Assembly: GCA_951406725.2 (NCBI GenBank)
Contig: OX597819.1
Location: forward strand, 31,558,001 to 31,622,000
Length of the DNA stretch: 64,000 bases
Source: Octopus vulgaris
Lineage: Eukaryota
Direction: 5' to 3'
In this document: positions 29,611 through 42,879 of the stretch, piece after piece
Layout: each line of letters starts with the position of its first letter
How positions within the stretch are numbered: position 1 is the stretch's first letter
Made by a program: the position numbers and the translations under genes
The notes under the pieces: model-generated
Seen by the model: the letters and a program-made list of their open reading frames with translations, nothing else
Told to the model about the DNA's origin: nothing
Database searches by the model: none

Positions 29611-30284
29611 CAATTGTTGTTGTTACAGCTGCTACTAGTCGTCATTGTCGATGCTATGCTGTCGCAATTCGGCTTGCATCGAGCAGACCCTTGATCACAG
29701 GCGTTCCAACTGCGACCACACTGTCGTTTTTCTACAGACATAGTCTACGTTGGATTACATAATCATGTGTCCTCTCTTTTTTTTTAAAACGGGTGAGTGC
29801 GGTTTGAGAGAGGTATGGTTTGTCGTTTCTAGTAGGTCAAGTGAACATATAGAAGCCCTTTGCCAGTTTGTCTGTCTGAATGTCTAGCCGTCTGTCTATC
29901 TGTCTGTCTCTTTGTCTATTTGCTTGAGCGCGTGTCCCTGTCCTTGAGAGACAGACAGACTTCCTCTTTGAGTTTTAATTTTATTATTTTGCTTTGTTTT
30001 GTAAATGTGTGTTAAGAACAGAACGTAGACAAGTTTCTTCTCTATTGTCTCTGAAAAGATTGAAGGATATTTTTTAAAAATGTCTGGAGAACATCGTGAC
30101 AAAGTAGAGACGTTATCTGTTCACATTGTAGTAATAACACGGGCGACATTGACATCTCTGAGCTTTATTTTCTCTTTCCACCTTCTTTTAAAGCCAACCT
30201 CAACGCTGTTCAATGTTTAACCCTGATGAAAAATCATATTTAAAGAGCATTAGAACACTGAAAGTTCTTGTAAATATCCGTTCT

Positions 30285-30512
30285 CCGAGGGGGGCGCTGA
30301 AAAATTCCTGGATTTAAGGGTATCGCGAAAGGCCTGGTTGGATGCCCAACTTTTCCAAGTTCTTTTAGGGGGCTTAGGAAAAATAAACTGAAGGGCCGTT
30401 GAAATAAGTATGTGAATCTGAGAGGGGAATATGTTGAATAAAACCATAATTAATTGATCCTCTAGTATTTTCTTTACCCAAAGCCAGGAACAGTTTTCAG
30501 CATCCACTCGCA
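30285..30512 (+). mobile_element. Non-autonomous mariner-like element
   Basis: Colinear with 17937-18655 once the inserted MITE is removed. Confidence 0.75.
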
Positions 30513-30990
30513 ATAGCGCAGTGGTTAGGGCAGCGAACTCGCGGTCGTAAGAACGTGGTTTCGATTCCCAGACCGGGCATTGTGAGTGTTTATTGAGTGT
30601 TTATTGAGGCTCCGGCGGCGGTGGTGGTGAACCCCGCTGTACTCTTTCACTACAACTTTCTCTCACTCTTTCTTCCTACTTCTGCCACAAAGCAGAGGAA
30701 CCATGGTGTAACCCACTATGGTGTGGTAAACTTTCAGACCCTAGTCTAGATTGCGAATCCTCTGTACCCCAGGATGGTTCAGCTCTCCACCCGTTAAAAA
30801 AAAAAGCCACCATTTACAGAATGAGGATAACAACATAGCTTTCGCGCCCGTGCAACCGCCAGTCTATCACGTGTGGTGGGTGGATCTTCAAGTAGCCACA
30901 CACATTCTTAGTAGCTTAGAGTAGGCTCGAATTAGAGATTATTCTTAGTGGCTAATGGCGTGAGTCCTGATTGGAAGAAGAAGAAGAAGA
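30513..30990 (+). mobile_element. SINE family C head with a different tail ending (GAA)n
   Basis: GTGGTTAGGGCAGCGAACTCGCGG..TTCGATTCCCAGACCGGGC. Confidence 0.7.
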
Positions 30991-32107
30991 CAACAACGCA
31001 TACAGATCGAATACATCTGGAAAACAATATGGCTGGTGGTTATATAGTTTATCGTTTCATTGTTTCAAAATTTAATTATCGATGACACAGCAGATAACGG
31101 AATTGCTGAAAAGCATTGCAGCATTTGGTTCGGGTAGAAGGAATTTCTGCTGTTAGTGGTTAGTGCCATTGCCAGGCACCACATATAACGATGCAAATGT
31201 TGGCGGTTTCGCCACCTGTTGTCTATAGGGGCCAGTCCTTTTCCCAGATAATATAGCTACTCTATAACTCATCCAATCTCTAACAAATTTAGCTTCTGAA
31301 TCGTAAGAATTCGGTTTCCGTAGCAATAAGCGAGTGGTACTGAACGTAATTGCTTTAAAAAGTCCTTGGTTGCACTACTACTTTGATACGTAACGGTAAA
31401 CTAGAGAATTAGCTGAAGCCATGGCATAGAGTGATCGAGCTAGCTAATGAGAGAGAAGGGGGAGAATGTGTGAGGGAGAGGGGGAAATAAGAGAGAGAGA
31501 GAGAGAGGGGGGAGAGGGAAAGAGAGTGCGTATGAAAGAGTGAGAGAGGGAAATAGTTATTTTTTAAAAAATTTTATATGTTGATCATTGAAGTCGATAA
31601 TATATCTAACGAATGAATTACTACGCCTTTTAATAGAGTCAAACTATTTTTTAACTGAATTATTTCGGCGATAGGAAGATAAGCGATGATTCAACACTGC
31701 GTTTGATTAATTCTATTTGTTGAAATATGGTGGAATGTATATTTCTATATCATCATCCATCAATCATTGATTTCTTTTCTTCTTGTTGGCCTTGTCTATA
31801 CATTCAAAGATTGAGTTTATTGATTGGAAAAGAATATTTTAAATAATGTCTCAAAATTAGGTTAGAAGAAAATATTCTTGGAAAAAAAAAACTAAAACAA
31901 AACAAACAAACGCCGTTTTAACGTTTCTAGCGGAGTCTTTTATGTAAGAAATTAAACCACATTGTCAATTCTAGCCTCTAGTTGTTTGTTATCTCTCCTC
32001 CTCTTCTTCTTCTCTTCTGTGAAATTACGACTAACCGTCTTGGCTTATAGAAGCTATCAGAGAGAACTAATGAGCAACAATAACAAAAAACAAACAAACA
32101 GAAAAAG

Positions 32108-32138
<31 letters not shown>

Positions 32139-32227
32139 AAAGAAAAATGAAAGAGGAAAGGAAAGAAAAAAAGCGACTACTTCAAATGCAAATAATAAAA
32201 CTCTGAGTTCACATTTGAATTTAATCT

Positions 32228-32605
32228 TTTATCTTTTATCTTTTACTTGCTCTAGTCATTGGACTGCGGCCATGCTAAAGCACTGCCTTGAAGGGTGTAG
32301 TCGAAAAATTGACACCAGTACTTATTTTTATGACTAGTACATATTCTATCGGTCTCTTTTTTTTTTACCGAACTGCTAAGTTACGGGGATGTAAACAAAT
32401 CCAACGGTAGAGGGGACAAGCACAAACACAAACTCTCACACACATATGCGACAGGCATCCATTAGTTTCCGTCCACCATATTCACTCACAAGGATTTGGT
32501 CGGCCCGCGGGCTGCAGTAGAAGACACTCGCCGAATGTGCCACGCAGTGGGGATGAACTCAGAACCATGGGATTAGAAAACAAACTTCTTACTATGCAGT
32601 CACCT
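32228..32605 (-). mobile_element. SINE family B, diverged
   Basis: Colinear with the reverse complement of the family consensus. Confidence 0.8.
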
Positions 32606-32939
32606 GCAAGAAGACAAAGGTTGGAGGTAAATTTACAAAGAAAAAAAAAACGTTAGGTTTTACTGTAAAGAGAAAAATAAATCCTGCCCTACCATTAAAT
32701 CTTAGATAACCTACACACCTCCCCGACAAATCCACTGTTTATATATACAACATACATTTCTCAAATCTTCACAATTCTTATGATTATAACCCGGGATGAA
32801 GCCATTGGTCATAGTGTGCCATTGAACATTCGAAGTCCCACAATAAACTTTTAGGCTATACATACATTGCTTTCTCCTTTCCTTGAGGACAGTAATCAAC
32901 AGTACACTCTTCCTACCTCTTGTACATATATACACACAT

Positions 32940-32974
<35 letters not shown>

Positions 32975-33648
32975 TATATCCAAGAGCAGAATAAAGCAGG
33001 AGATGCGGTTAAGAATTTTCATTGTAACATCATGAAGTGTACATACTCTTTACTCGTGTTTCATTAGCATATGCCATGCGGTATGCGGTAATCATTTCAT
33101 AGACGATTGCATAATCCTGTTAGAACGCCAGATCGTCGGACGAGAAAAGTAATTTAATTACAAGGCAGAACCGAACTGAGAAATATCACATGCATATACG
33201 CGCGCGCACACACACACATGCAGCTCCCCCACACCCACTCACTCATACACACACTCACTCACATGCTTACGTTACGTGTGCCTTTGATTGCGTGTGTTTA
33301 TATTTGCAACTGTCTAAAAACTGATTTTTTTAACGTTGTGTCTCTTTATGTCTGGTAACTTGGGATTTGACAGTAAAACGAGTACCAAACCAAAGTACGT
33401 ACTGGGGGTCGATTTAATCGATTAAACTCTTAAAAGCGGTGGCCCCCTTATGACCCTAATCCAATTCGAAACAGTAAAAAACTAAACGAATCTCCCCTTT
33501 CTCATTCTTTCTCCTTATGTATATTAATCTAGTCATCTCTCTCTCTCTCTCAGGAAAAGAAAGACGGTCACATGAGGAAGTGAAAGATGGACGATGGTTA
33601 CGTGTGAGCAACTAGAGAGAGAGAAAAAAGAGGGAGAGAGAGAGAGAC

Positions 33649-33687
<39 letters not shown>

Positions 33688-34349
33688 TACACACACATAT
33701 ATATATATTATTCATTTACATGTTTGTTAGTTTGTGTGTGTCTATGAATATGCATACATACGAAAATACATGGAGCGCACAGATAAATTCCCACTCACAT
33801 GTACATATACGCATTCAAATCCTACGCTTTTTCTGAAGCTTTCGTGTATTCATGTAGAAATCCTCATTTCCTCCCTTGTTTGTCAGGCTATGCTTATGGC
33901 AAGGTATGTCAATATTCTGGGTGAAAATCATTCCTTTACAGATGTTAAACTGACATACCAAGCGTATCCCTTCAGTATCATAGGTTACGGTCGAACGAGC
34001 GCCATTTTATAACGATGTATTATATACTCCATATCAAATTCTGTTCGCTTACGGACAATTGACGTTACGCTCTGTATTCTCATAATAACACACTCACACG
34101 AGCACACGCGCTCACATGCATACATATACACACACGTATATAACATGGCCATGTATAAAGGAATACATGCAAGTATATCTTTATACACAGTTATACATAT
34201 TACATACATATATAAATGTGTACATTACATAGGTACGTATAATATATACGCATATATATATGAATATGTATACACACACACACACACATATACGTATATA
34301 TATGCATATACATATATATACACGTATATATATATGTATATCTAGCTAG

Positions 34350-34420
<71 letters not shown>

Positions 34421-34550
34421 CATATATCCATATGAATACATATATGTATATACATAAATAAGTGTGTATATGTATATGCATATATATATTATATATGTAT
34501 ATAACTAATGTAGGATAAATTTTTTTTCGAAAAAAATTTTATCAATGGCC

Positions 34551-34620
<70 letters not shown>

Positions 34621-35089
34621 TACATATATATATGTATATTTTATACGTGCATATATATATATACATATGTGTGTACACACACATATCCGTGTGTATGTGT
34701 GTGTATTCACTATTGCAAAAGGCACCTTCACAAGCACTCACGCCCACACGCTAACTTATATTCGTCTGTCTGTGGGTGTACGAGTGCCGTGTATATATAT
34801 ATATATATATTTTGTCTGTTTTTTTGTTTGTTTGTGTATGTGTTTCGTATGTGCGTATATATGTATGTATATGCGTACGTGTATGTGTGCGTATGTGTTC
34901 TCATCGCGTATGTAGTTTACGTAATTCAATTAAGAGTGTAATCAGTTGTCTTGAAGATACGGTAGGTGGAGCGAGTGAGTGGAGCGGGAAGAGTGTAAAT
35001 CTGTGTAATGTTGTACAAGTATAAGCGATGGTGGAGGAGGAGGAGGAACCGGGGATCATTGAATGCAATTTGACAGGAAGCCATTATAT

Positions 35090-35241
35090 CGTGATGGTGG
35101 TGGTGGTGGTAGTGGTGGTAGTGGTGCTGATAGTAGTAGTAGCTATGATGATGATGATGATGACCGCGACGATGATATTGATGATGAAGATGATGATGAT
35201 GATGATGATGATGGTAATGGTGGTGATAATGGTGATAATGG

Positions 35242-35297
<56 letters not shown>

Positions 35298-35367
35298 GCA
35301 GTGGTGGTGATAATGGTGATGAGGATGGTGGTGATGGTGGTGATGGTGATGATAATTGTGATGATGA

Positions 35368-35401
<34 letters not shown>

Positions 35402-35480
35402 GGTGATGATGACTGTAGTGGTGGTGGTGTTGACGTGGTGGTGGCGTTGATGCTGCTGCTGCTGCTGGTAATGATGATAG
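35090..35480. repeat. (GAT/GGT)n compound trinucleotide repeat
   Basis: Read directly. Confidence 0.95.
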
Positions 35481-35985
35481 TATGGCGCATAGAGAATCAT
35501 TCTGTTGAGGTTTTGTTACAAGCAAATCTATTTAATTTGCCTTTTACGTTTTTTGTTCCATTTCTTTTTTCTAATTTCTTTCTGTTTTTTTTTGTTTTTG
35601 TTCTTCTTCCATGGTCTGTGATGTTTGCATTGTTCTCGTTCATTATCTGTATTGATAAAGAAGTTAATGTAGTCGCTGTTTTGTCCATAGCCAGGCCTTG
35701 TTTGAGCTGACAGACTTATGACTATAGGCATTCTAAGAAATTGTGAAAGTTTGGCGATAAAAAAAGTGGAGGGGGGGATTTATGAAATTGTTCAGCGTTC
35801 AACGAAAAAACAGAAGCCCTTTCTTTGGTAAAAAGACATTATTAGGCACTGTCTTCAAATATCTGTTATATGTCTCGATGAGAAAAAATTCGAAAGAGAA
35901 GTAAGCGAAATCGTTTCGTCAAAGCAAACAGTCACGTGACTTACTGAAGAACTCTCGTGTAATGTACTTGAGAAACCATAAGACA

Positions 35986-36377
35986 TCTTTATACATAAAA
36001 GTAAGGCTGTGTGTCTGTCTCCTACGATTTAGATTCCTAACTACTCCCACATTTTGCGGTGCAGTTTAACCAAAACCAGCTATCTTATAGTCGTGATTCA
36101 TATCGAGTCCTTCTGGCTATTAGCGCGCGTCTACGATGAGTCTACGATTAAAAAAAATTTCCATCATTTTTTTCCATTTTAATGCATTTTTTTCGCTATT
36201 AAATAAGGGAAGTAACTCTCTAAAAATGTCTACGATGAGTCAACCATTTAAAAAAATTTACCATCATTTTTTTTCCATTTTTAATGCATTTTTTGCTATT
36301 TTTTTGCTATAACTCTCTAAAATGCTTATATAGTTATTTCCCTTACACACCCGAGCAACGCCGGGCGATACTGCTAG
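35986..36377 (+). mobile_element. Non-autonomous Helitron
   Basis: A|TC start, subterminal hairpin CCCGAGCAACGCCGGG, CTAG|T end, no TSD, internal ~90-bp tandem duplication. Confidence 0.8.
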
Positions 36378-36581
36378 TTCTATATAATTGAACCTTATTT
36401 CCTTTAACATTTAGAAGGATCTACTGACACATGATAACATGGTCCAGTTTAAGCTTTGTTAAAAGAGGGTTTCATGAGAGAGTTTTGTTTTGAAAACCTG
36501 ACCGATCTTGAATCACTTCACGGAAAAAATAAAACAAAAAACAACAAAAATAACAAAAGCAAATTATAACGAAACCATAGG

Positions 36582-36737
36582 CACAGGCGTGGTTGCGTGG
36601 TAAGAAGCTTCCCAACCACATGGTTCCGGGTTCAGTGCCACTGCGTGGCACCTTGGGCTAGTGTCTTCTACTACAGCTTCGGTCCGACTAAAACCTTGTG
36701 AGTGGATTTGATAGACGGAAACTGAAAGTCCGTCATG
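36582..36737 (+). mobile_element. SINE family B 5' half
   Basis: Head through GACGGAAACTGAAAG, then (TATC)n. Confidence 0.85.
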
Positions 36738-36825
<88 letters not shown>

Positions 36826-36839
36826 CATCTATATAGATA

Positions 36840-37058
36840 TAGTTAGTTAGTCCAAACATGAACAAAGAGAAAACACAATAACGCGAGGACGTGGAACAAG
36901 TATAGTGCTATTGAACGCTCAGGAAAGGAAAGATGGAAGTAGGATTTAACGTTTCAAGCAGAGCTCTTCGTCAGAAACATAGTAAAAGCAAAAGTCCAAG
37001 GAAGGGAAGACGGAGAAAGAAAATCGCCAACGATATACACGCGGTCACATATTGAAAA
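36840..37058 (-). mobile_element. Penelope-like pseudo-LTR fragment
   Basis: Carries the hammerhead motif below. Shares CGCTCAGGAA and layout with 49575-49740 and 52797-52980, and is flanked by microsatellite. Confidence 0.65.
36945..36977 (-). ncRNA. Minimal type I hammerhead ribozyme motif
   Basis: UUU-CUGACGA-A-GAGC-UCU-GCUU-GAAACGUU-AAA: canonical core, stem II and palindromic stem III (AACGUU). Confidence 0.65.
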
Positions 37059-37118
37059 TATATATATAACTTACTTGGAAAAGAATGCGTGGCGTTCGAT
37101 CATGTAATAATATAAATA

Positions 37119-37280
37119 ACTAGCACTACGACCCGGCAACGCCAGGTCATAGTGTTAGTGCGTGCGCACATACACGCGAGTACTGTCAAAATCTCCGACC
37201 AATCACCTTCAGCTAGCTGGCACTCAATTGGCGTATCAAGTTTCGGGCATTTTGATTGGGTTTTGAATTTCTCTCATTGT
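37119..37280 (-). mobile_element. Helitron-like 3' end with palindromic terminus
   Basis: A|CTAG plus hairpin GACCCGGC-AAC-GCCAGGTC; body shared with 43745-43880. Confidence 0.65.
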
Positions 37281-37744
37281 AGAGTTTTTATGTTTTTTTA
37301 GTTCAATAATAGTCCTTGGAAAAATTTCTTTGGAGAATTAAGATCCATGTGATTAAACGTGGTGCTTAGTTTAAGGTGTCTGATAAAAAAAAAAAAAATG
37401 TCAAAACAGTCAAAATGTAGATAGAAAAAAGTTACTGAAATGTGTTTCTGTTTTAAAAATCAAGATTTGTGTTTAAAAAAAAAAAGCGAGAAGTTCTAAT
37501 GAAAAATTGTAAGTTTTTGCATGAAATAAAACTACTTACCCGCTTTCCATTGCGTATAAGGGATAAAATTCACAACACCTCCAAATTTTGAATTTTGAAA
37601 GGAAGAGACAAATCGATTAGATCTACCTTTGTATTTGCCTTGCACTTTGCCTTGAAACCATTTGCTTTTCATTCTTTATTTTGTAGTCCGAAAGGATGAA
37701 AGGGAAATTTGACCTTAGTATTTGCTTAAATTATAAACGAGTGT

Positions 37745-38780
37745 TCTCTTTTACTCTTTTACTGGTTTCAGTCATTTGACTGTAGTCATGCTGGAGTGCC
37801 ACCTTTAGTCGAGCAAATCGACCCTAGGACTTATTCTTTGCAAGCCTAGTACTTATTCTATCGGTCTCTTTTGCCGAACCGCTACGTTACGGGGACGTAA
37901 ACACACCAGCATCAGTTAGTTAGTTAGTTAGTTAATTTGGCTCAAAAGCAAATAGCAAGGCCATGTAGGGGGACATGGAGTTAAGTACAGGGTGGTGTTC
38001 ATGTAAAGAATTCAGGCCACTTGAGGTCAAGGGAGGCTTTGAACAAAGCGGTCATCGGCATCTTCACCATCTCGTCTGGCAGCTTGTTCCACGGATCCGC
38101 AACCCAGACGGAGAAAGCTCCTCTCCTTCGATTGAGATGAAATCGTCGCAGGTAGAGCTTTTCGGAATGACCCCGTAGCCGACGCTCTGGAGCAGGAGTG
38201 AAGAACAGCTCTTTCGAGAGGTTACACTTTCCGCTTATGATGTTGTGGGCGAGAATGAGATTACCACGGCGGCGGCGTTTTTCAAGAGAATAAAGGTCGA
38301 GCGTCCTCAGCCTTTCTTCGTAGGACAAATTTTTGAGACCATGAACCATGCGGGTAGCCAGCTTCTGGACTCTTTCGAGATGCTGTATGTCTTTGATGAG
38401 ATAAGGAGAAGAGGCTTGAATCCCGTACTCCAATATGGGTCTCACCAGCGTGACATAGAGTGGTAGGAATATGGCTGCTGTGAGCATTCCGAATGACCGT
38501 CGAATCAAGAACAGAATTCCGCGTGCTTTGTTGGCAGCGATGTTGGGGGGACAAACACAGACACACAGACACACACACACACACACACACACATATAAAT
38601 ATATATATACATACATATATACGACAGGCTTCTTTCAGTTTCCGTCTACCAAATCCACTCACAAGGCTTTGGTCGGCCCGAGGCTATAGTAGAAGACACC
38701 TGCCCAAGGTGCCACGCAGTGGGACTGAACCCAGAACCATGTGATTGGTAAGCAAGCTACTTACCACACACCCACTCCTA
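37745..38780 (-). mobile_element. SINE family B interrupted by CR1
   Basis: 3' part at 37745-37915, 5' part at 38536-38780. Confidence 0.88.
37915..38535 (-). mobile_element. 5'-truncated CR1-clade LINE (ORF2 C-terminus + 3' UTR)
   Basis: LYVTLVRPILEY, LERVQKLATRMV, SYEERL, LEKRRRRGNLI, LRGH, WNKLP. 3' stem-loop CCATGT..ACATGG and (TAAC)n tail. Confidence 0.92.
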
Positions 38781-39182
38781 ACAAATAACTTGAGATTCTA
38801 GCGGTGAAGATACAGAACATTTCAATATACATAATTCAAAATGTACAAAATAATGTACATTGTTGTCTTATAACTTTATCTTATACTTAAAAATACGTTT
38901 CTATTACTTTTGCAATAATTTTGTCTTTGATAAAATCCTCAATTTTTTTTCTGGTGTTAGAAAGCTGCTTCTATAATTAGCAAACAGAAGGCATCCAGCA
39001 TGTCTTGTAGCATAATTTCTCTGTTAGGATTTGAATTTTCTCCAACTGAGGATAAAAATAATATATAAATAAAAGAATGCTCAGGTGTGCAATTCAAAAT
39101 TCGCCACGAAATGTTAGCCAGCTGTACTTGCTTTAAGATCAATATATTGAAGGCTAGCTCACCTATATTTATCTTTAGTTCA

Positions 39183-39597
39183 AGGCGGCGAGCTGGTATA
39201 AACGTTAGCACGCCGGCGAAATGCTTAGCGGTATTTCGTCTGCCGTTACGTTGTGAGTTCAAATTCCGCCGAGGTCGACTTTGCCTTTCATCCTTTCGGG
39301 GTCGATAAATTAAGTACCAGTTAAGCACTGGGGTCGATATAATCGACTTAATACCTATGTCTGTCCATGTTTGTCCCCTCTATGTTCAGCCCCTTGTGGG
39401 TAATAAAGAAATAGGTATTTCGTCTGCCACTACGTTCTGAGTTCAAATTCCGCCGAGGTCGACTTTGCCTTTCATCCTTTCGAGGTCGATAAATTAAGTA
39501 CCAGTTACGCACTGGGGTCGATGTAATCGGCTTAATCCGTTTGTCTGTCCTTGTTTGTCCCCTCTGTGTTTAGCCCCTTGTGGGTAGTTAAGAAATA
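39183..39597 (+). mobile_element. Dimeric SINE family A with TSD
   Basis: Full unit plus a second unit restarting at GGTATTTCGTCTG; TSD TATATTTATCTTTAG at ~39164 and ~39598. Confidence 0.9.
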
Positions 39598-40318
39598 TAT
39601 ATTTATCTTTAGAACACGCATTTCATTACATGACAATTTATAAAAAAAAAAAACGTCAGTTAATTTATTACGGTTTAATCTAGTAGGTTACAACAGCTAG
39701 GCCGAGGTTAATTCACATTTGTACAACGTTTCGTGTGCTAGTTTTTGCTGCCTTTTATATAGGAATTCAATGTAAAAAAAGAGCGTTTTGTATAATTAAA
39801 ACAAAAATGAACTAAGAAAGTGACAAATGGCAAATGAATTTGGATAACACGAATAAAGCAAGATATATCTAAGTATATATTTAAAGTAGAGCAACGCTGT
39901 GCTAAGGATTTCCATCGAGACAGAAACGCATGCTTCTTCCCTCTCTCTTAAAACCCATCCTTTTTCTTAATGGCATACTATTCCCAAAGAATTGTTGATT
40001 GCTAGAGATTATTTCCGTTTCTCATTTAGATTCGTTTGCAGTTGTCGCTTCGTGATTGTTTACCTTACTCTCAAGGCAAATATAATTTCAATAAATCAAG
40101 AATTTATCCCATATGGCATTTAATTTACCTTCCTCTACCATCGTTCAAATTCATATTTGTGATGATGGAAAGAACAACGCTTCAAAAATGGCTGGAGAAA
40201 TTCGAAGGTTTGCTTTATTACAATGGTAGAAGGTATATTTACAGAAGATACAGTCTCGACTTTTTCCATCCAACGATTTTCTAGCCCAAATATTTACACA
40301 CTATTATTTGTAACTTTG

Positions 40319-40710
40319 TGGAGGTGCAATGGCCCAGTGGTTAGGGCAGCGGACTCGCGGTCGTAGGATTGCGGTTTCGATTCCCAGACCGGGCGTTGTG
40401 AGTGTTTATTGAGCGAAAACACCTAAAAGCTCCACGAGGCTCCGGTAGGGATGGTGGTGATCCCTGCTGTACTCTTTCACCACAACTTTCTCTCATTCTT
40501 ACTTCCTGTTTCTGTTGTACCTGTATTTCATAGGGCCGGCCTTGTCACTCTCTGTGTCACGCTGAATATCCCCGAGAACTACGTTAAGGGTACACGTGTC
40601 TGTGGAGTGCTCAGTCACTTACACGTTAATTTCACGAGCAGGCTGTTCCGTTGATTCGGATCAAACGGAACCCTCGTCGTCGTAACCGACGGAGTGCTTC
40701 CATCCATCCA
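40319..40710 (+). mobile_element. SINE family C, tail type 2, with TSD
   Basis: tRNA-like head; TSD ATTTGTAACTTT on both sides; ends (TCCA)n. Confidence 0.9.
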
Positions 40711-40761
40711 TTTGTAACTTTACTCGTTTCACATTAAAAACGATTCATACGTATATATATA

Positions 40762-40985
40762 TTCTTTTATTCTTTTACTTGTTTCAGTCATTTGACTGCG
40801 GCCATGTTGGAGCACCGCCTTTAGTCGAACAAATCGACCCCAAGACTTATTCTCTGTAAACATAGTACTTATTCCATCGGTCTTTTCTGCCGAATCGCTA
40901 AGTTATGGGGACATAAACACACTAACATCGGTTGTCAAGTGACGGTGGGACGGGGGACAAACACAGACAGACACACAAACACATA
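40762..40985 (-). mobile_element. SINE family B 3' half
   Basis: TTTTACTTGTTTCAGTCATTTGACTGCGGCCATG.. Confidence 0.85.
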
Positions 40986-40989
40986 CACG

Positions 40990-41028
<39 letters not shown>

Positions 41029-41030
<2 letters not shown>

Positions 41031-41250
41031 TAGCAGGTAAGCCCGGTTTCACCCGGTCGGTTTGGATGATGTGGCTGTAAAACCTGCTCTGTGTAAGCAT
41101 TCGACTTGTTTGGCCATGCTTACGTTAAAAAGCAATGTTAGAATGACTTTTTTTTATGCCAAAACGCTAAAAATAACTGACCAACAACAACAAAAAACAA
41201 CCAAGATTCAACCAAATTAAAAAGAAAGCCAAATACTAAGCGAACAAAGA
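41029..41250 (-). mobile_element. Helitron-like 3' end
   Basis: A|CTAG followed by GC-rich imperfect hairpin GCCCGGTTTCACCCGGTC; far boundary uncertain. Confidence 0.5.
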
Positions 41251-41279
41251 TGAATCATCCCACTTCCATTGCGCGCGCG

Positions 41280-41310
<31 letters not shown>

Positions 41311-41660
41311 GCATTCATATACCCCTCTTTTACATTACACACATGTTCACACAGAGTTGAAACGCTATTTGATTTATTTTTTTCATCGTACAATTTTCAT
41401 CATCCCGCTACCAAGTATGTCCTCATCCCTTCCTTCCTTATTCATCTATCACCCCTGCCTTTCTCATTCATAAACGCAAGAGTATTATTATAGTAGATTA
41501 TCTCGGTAACCATAGGAGCTATGAAAAAATACAAAGCCCAGCAACACCACCGAATCATTCTGCACATCTGTGTAATTTTTCGCGCAATTCCACCCAGCCG
41601 TTTGACCGTGAATCCCATAACAAGAAAGAATCACCCATGTCAAATTTATATGTATAGATG

Positions 41661-41728
<68 letters not shown>

Positions 41729-41730
<2 letters not shown>

Positions 41731-41900
41731 TAGCATTATGACCCGGCAACGCCGGGTCATAGTGCTAGTTTGGTATAAATTTGTTAAATGAAAAGTTTGG
41801 GGTAATAAAACATACAATGACATATTAAAAAGATGAATTAAAATTCCAGGGAAAAATACATAGAAGATAAATATATGAATTTACAAAAATGCATAAAAGT
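41729..41900 (-). mobile_element. Helitron-like 3' end with palindromic terminus
   Basis: ACTAGCATTATGACCCGGC-AAC-GCCGGGTCATAGTGCTAGT. Confidence 0.6.
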
Positions 41901-41927
41901 TCATAAGACTGTTACTTATTCTATCGA

Positions 41928-41981
<54 letters not shown>

Positions 41982-42159
41982 ACGACGGGCTTCTTTCAAT
42001 GTCTGTCTACCAAATCCAGTCACACGGCTATGATAGAAGACACTTTCCCAAGGTGCCATATAGGTGAAACTGAATAAACTATAAACTTTACAAACACACA
42101 ATAATATATATTTGTTCATGACAAAATTAGACACACACACACACACATTTTGTTTACTC

Positions 42160-42372
42160 GTATGGGTCCCCTTATCCATTCGGTTTTAAACAATCCTATT
42201 ATATATTTGTAATTCAATATTATTAGGAATTATATTTTTAATAAATCGTTGAAATATTTTAGGAATTGTAGAAGTATAGCCAATTTATTGCAAATAAATT
42301 TTAGGGTCCTATGGACCCCTAAGGGCCAAATGGACTCCAAAGAGTCATATGGACCCCGGTTGAGAACCACTG
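42160..42372 (+). mobile_element. hAT (Charlie-like) MITE right end
   Basis: Terminus GGTTGAGAACCACTG with subterminal GGACCCC/GGGTCC repeats; left TIR not seen. Confidence 0.55.
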
Positions 42373-42879
42373 AGTTAAACATACCAGAAATAAACAAAGA
42401 AAAAAATTTTTAATGTCTGGCCTGTTTGGAGAAAGAGAAATAGGTGAGGTGGTTGAGTAGCACGAAGTTCAGAGACAATGTGGAATGTGAGAAGGGACAG
42501 AGATATATTTAGCTTGACTGACGGATGACTTAATAGCCTCTGAGTAACCTCTCTTTAACCGACATGTTTTAGGACATCACCCAATCAAACACACACACAC
42601 TCACACACGGGTTTGACTTTTATCATTTACAAGTCAAGTTTGGTACTCTAATATATTTTATCGAATACTGAGAGATGAGGATGGAGAGCATAACTGACTT
42701 TGGAGGGATTTGATCTCAGAATGTAAAAAAAAAAATAAAGGCTCCTTTCCTCAAACAGTTCATGTTCGTACATCTTGCTTTCCAAATAAATAAGCATAAA
42801 CTTTTCTTCTGTAGAAGCAAGGCTTGAAATTTTGAGGGAGCGGGTTTCTCGATTATATTGAGTGTTCAACTGATACTTC

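Noticed and set aside
34926-35710. Poly-His/Asp/Met ORFs
   Set aside because: Trinucleotide repeat open in most frames; no unique coding flank.
37999-38616. 205-aa ORF as a host gene
   Set aside because: CR1 ORF2 tail read in frame from a SINE microsatellite.
40319-40395. tRNA gene calls at SINE heads (also 7700, 51127, 46590)
   Set aside because: A and B boxes continue into SINE bodies with tails/TSDs, and the cloverleafs are incomplete.
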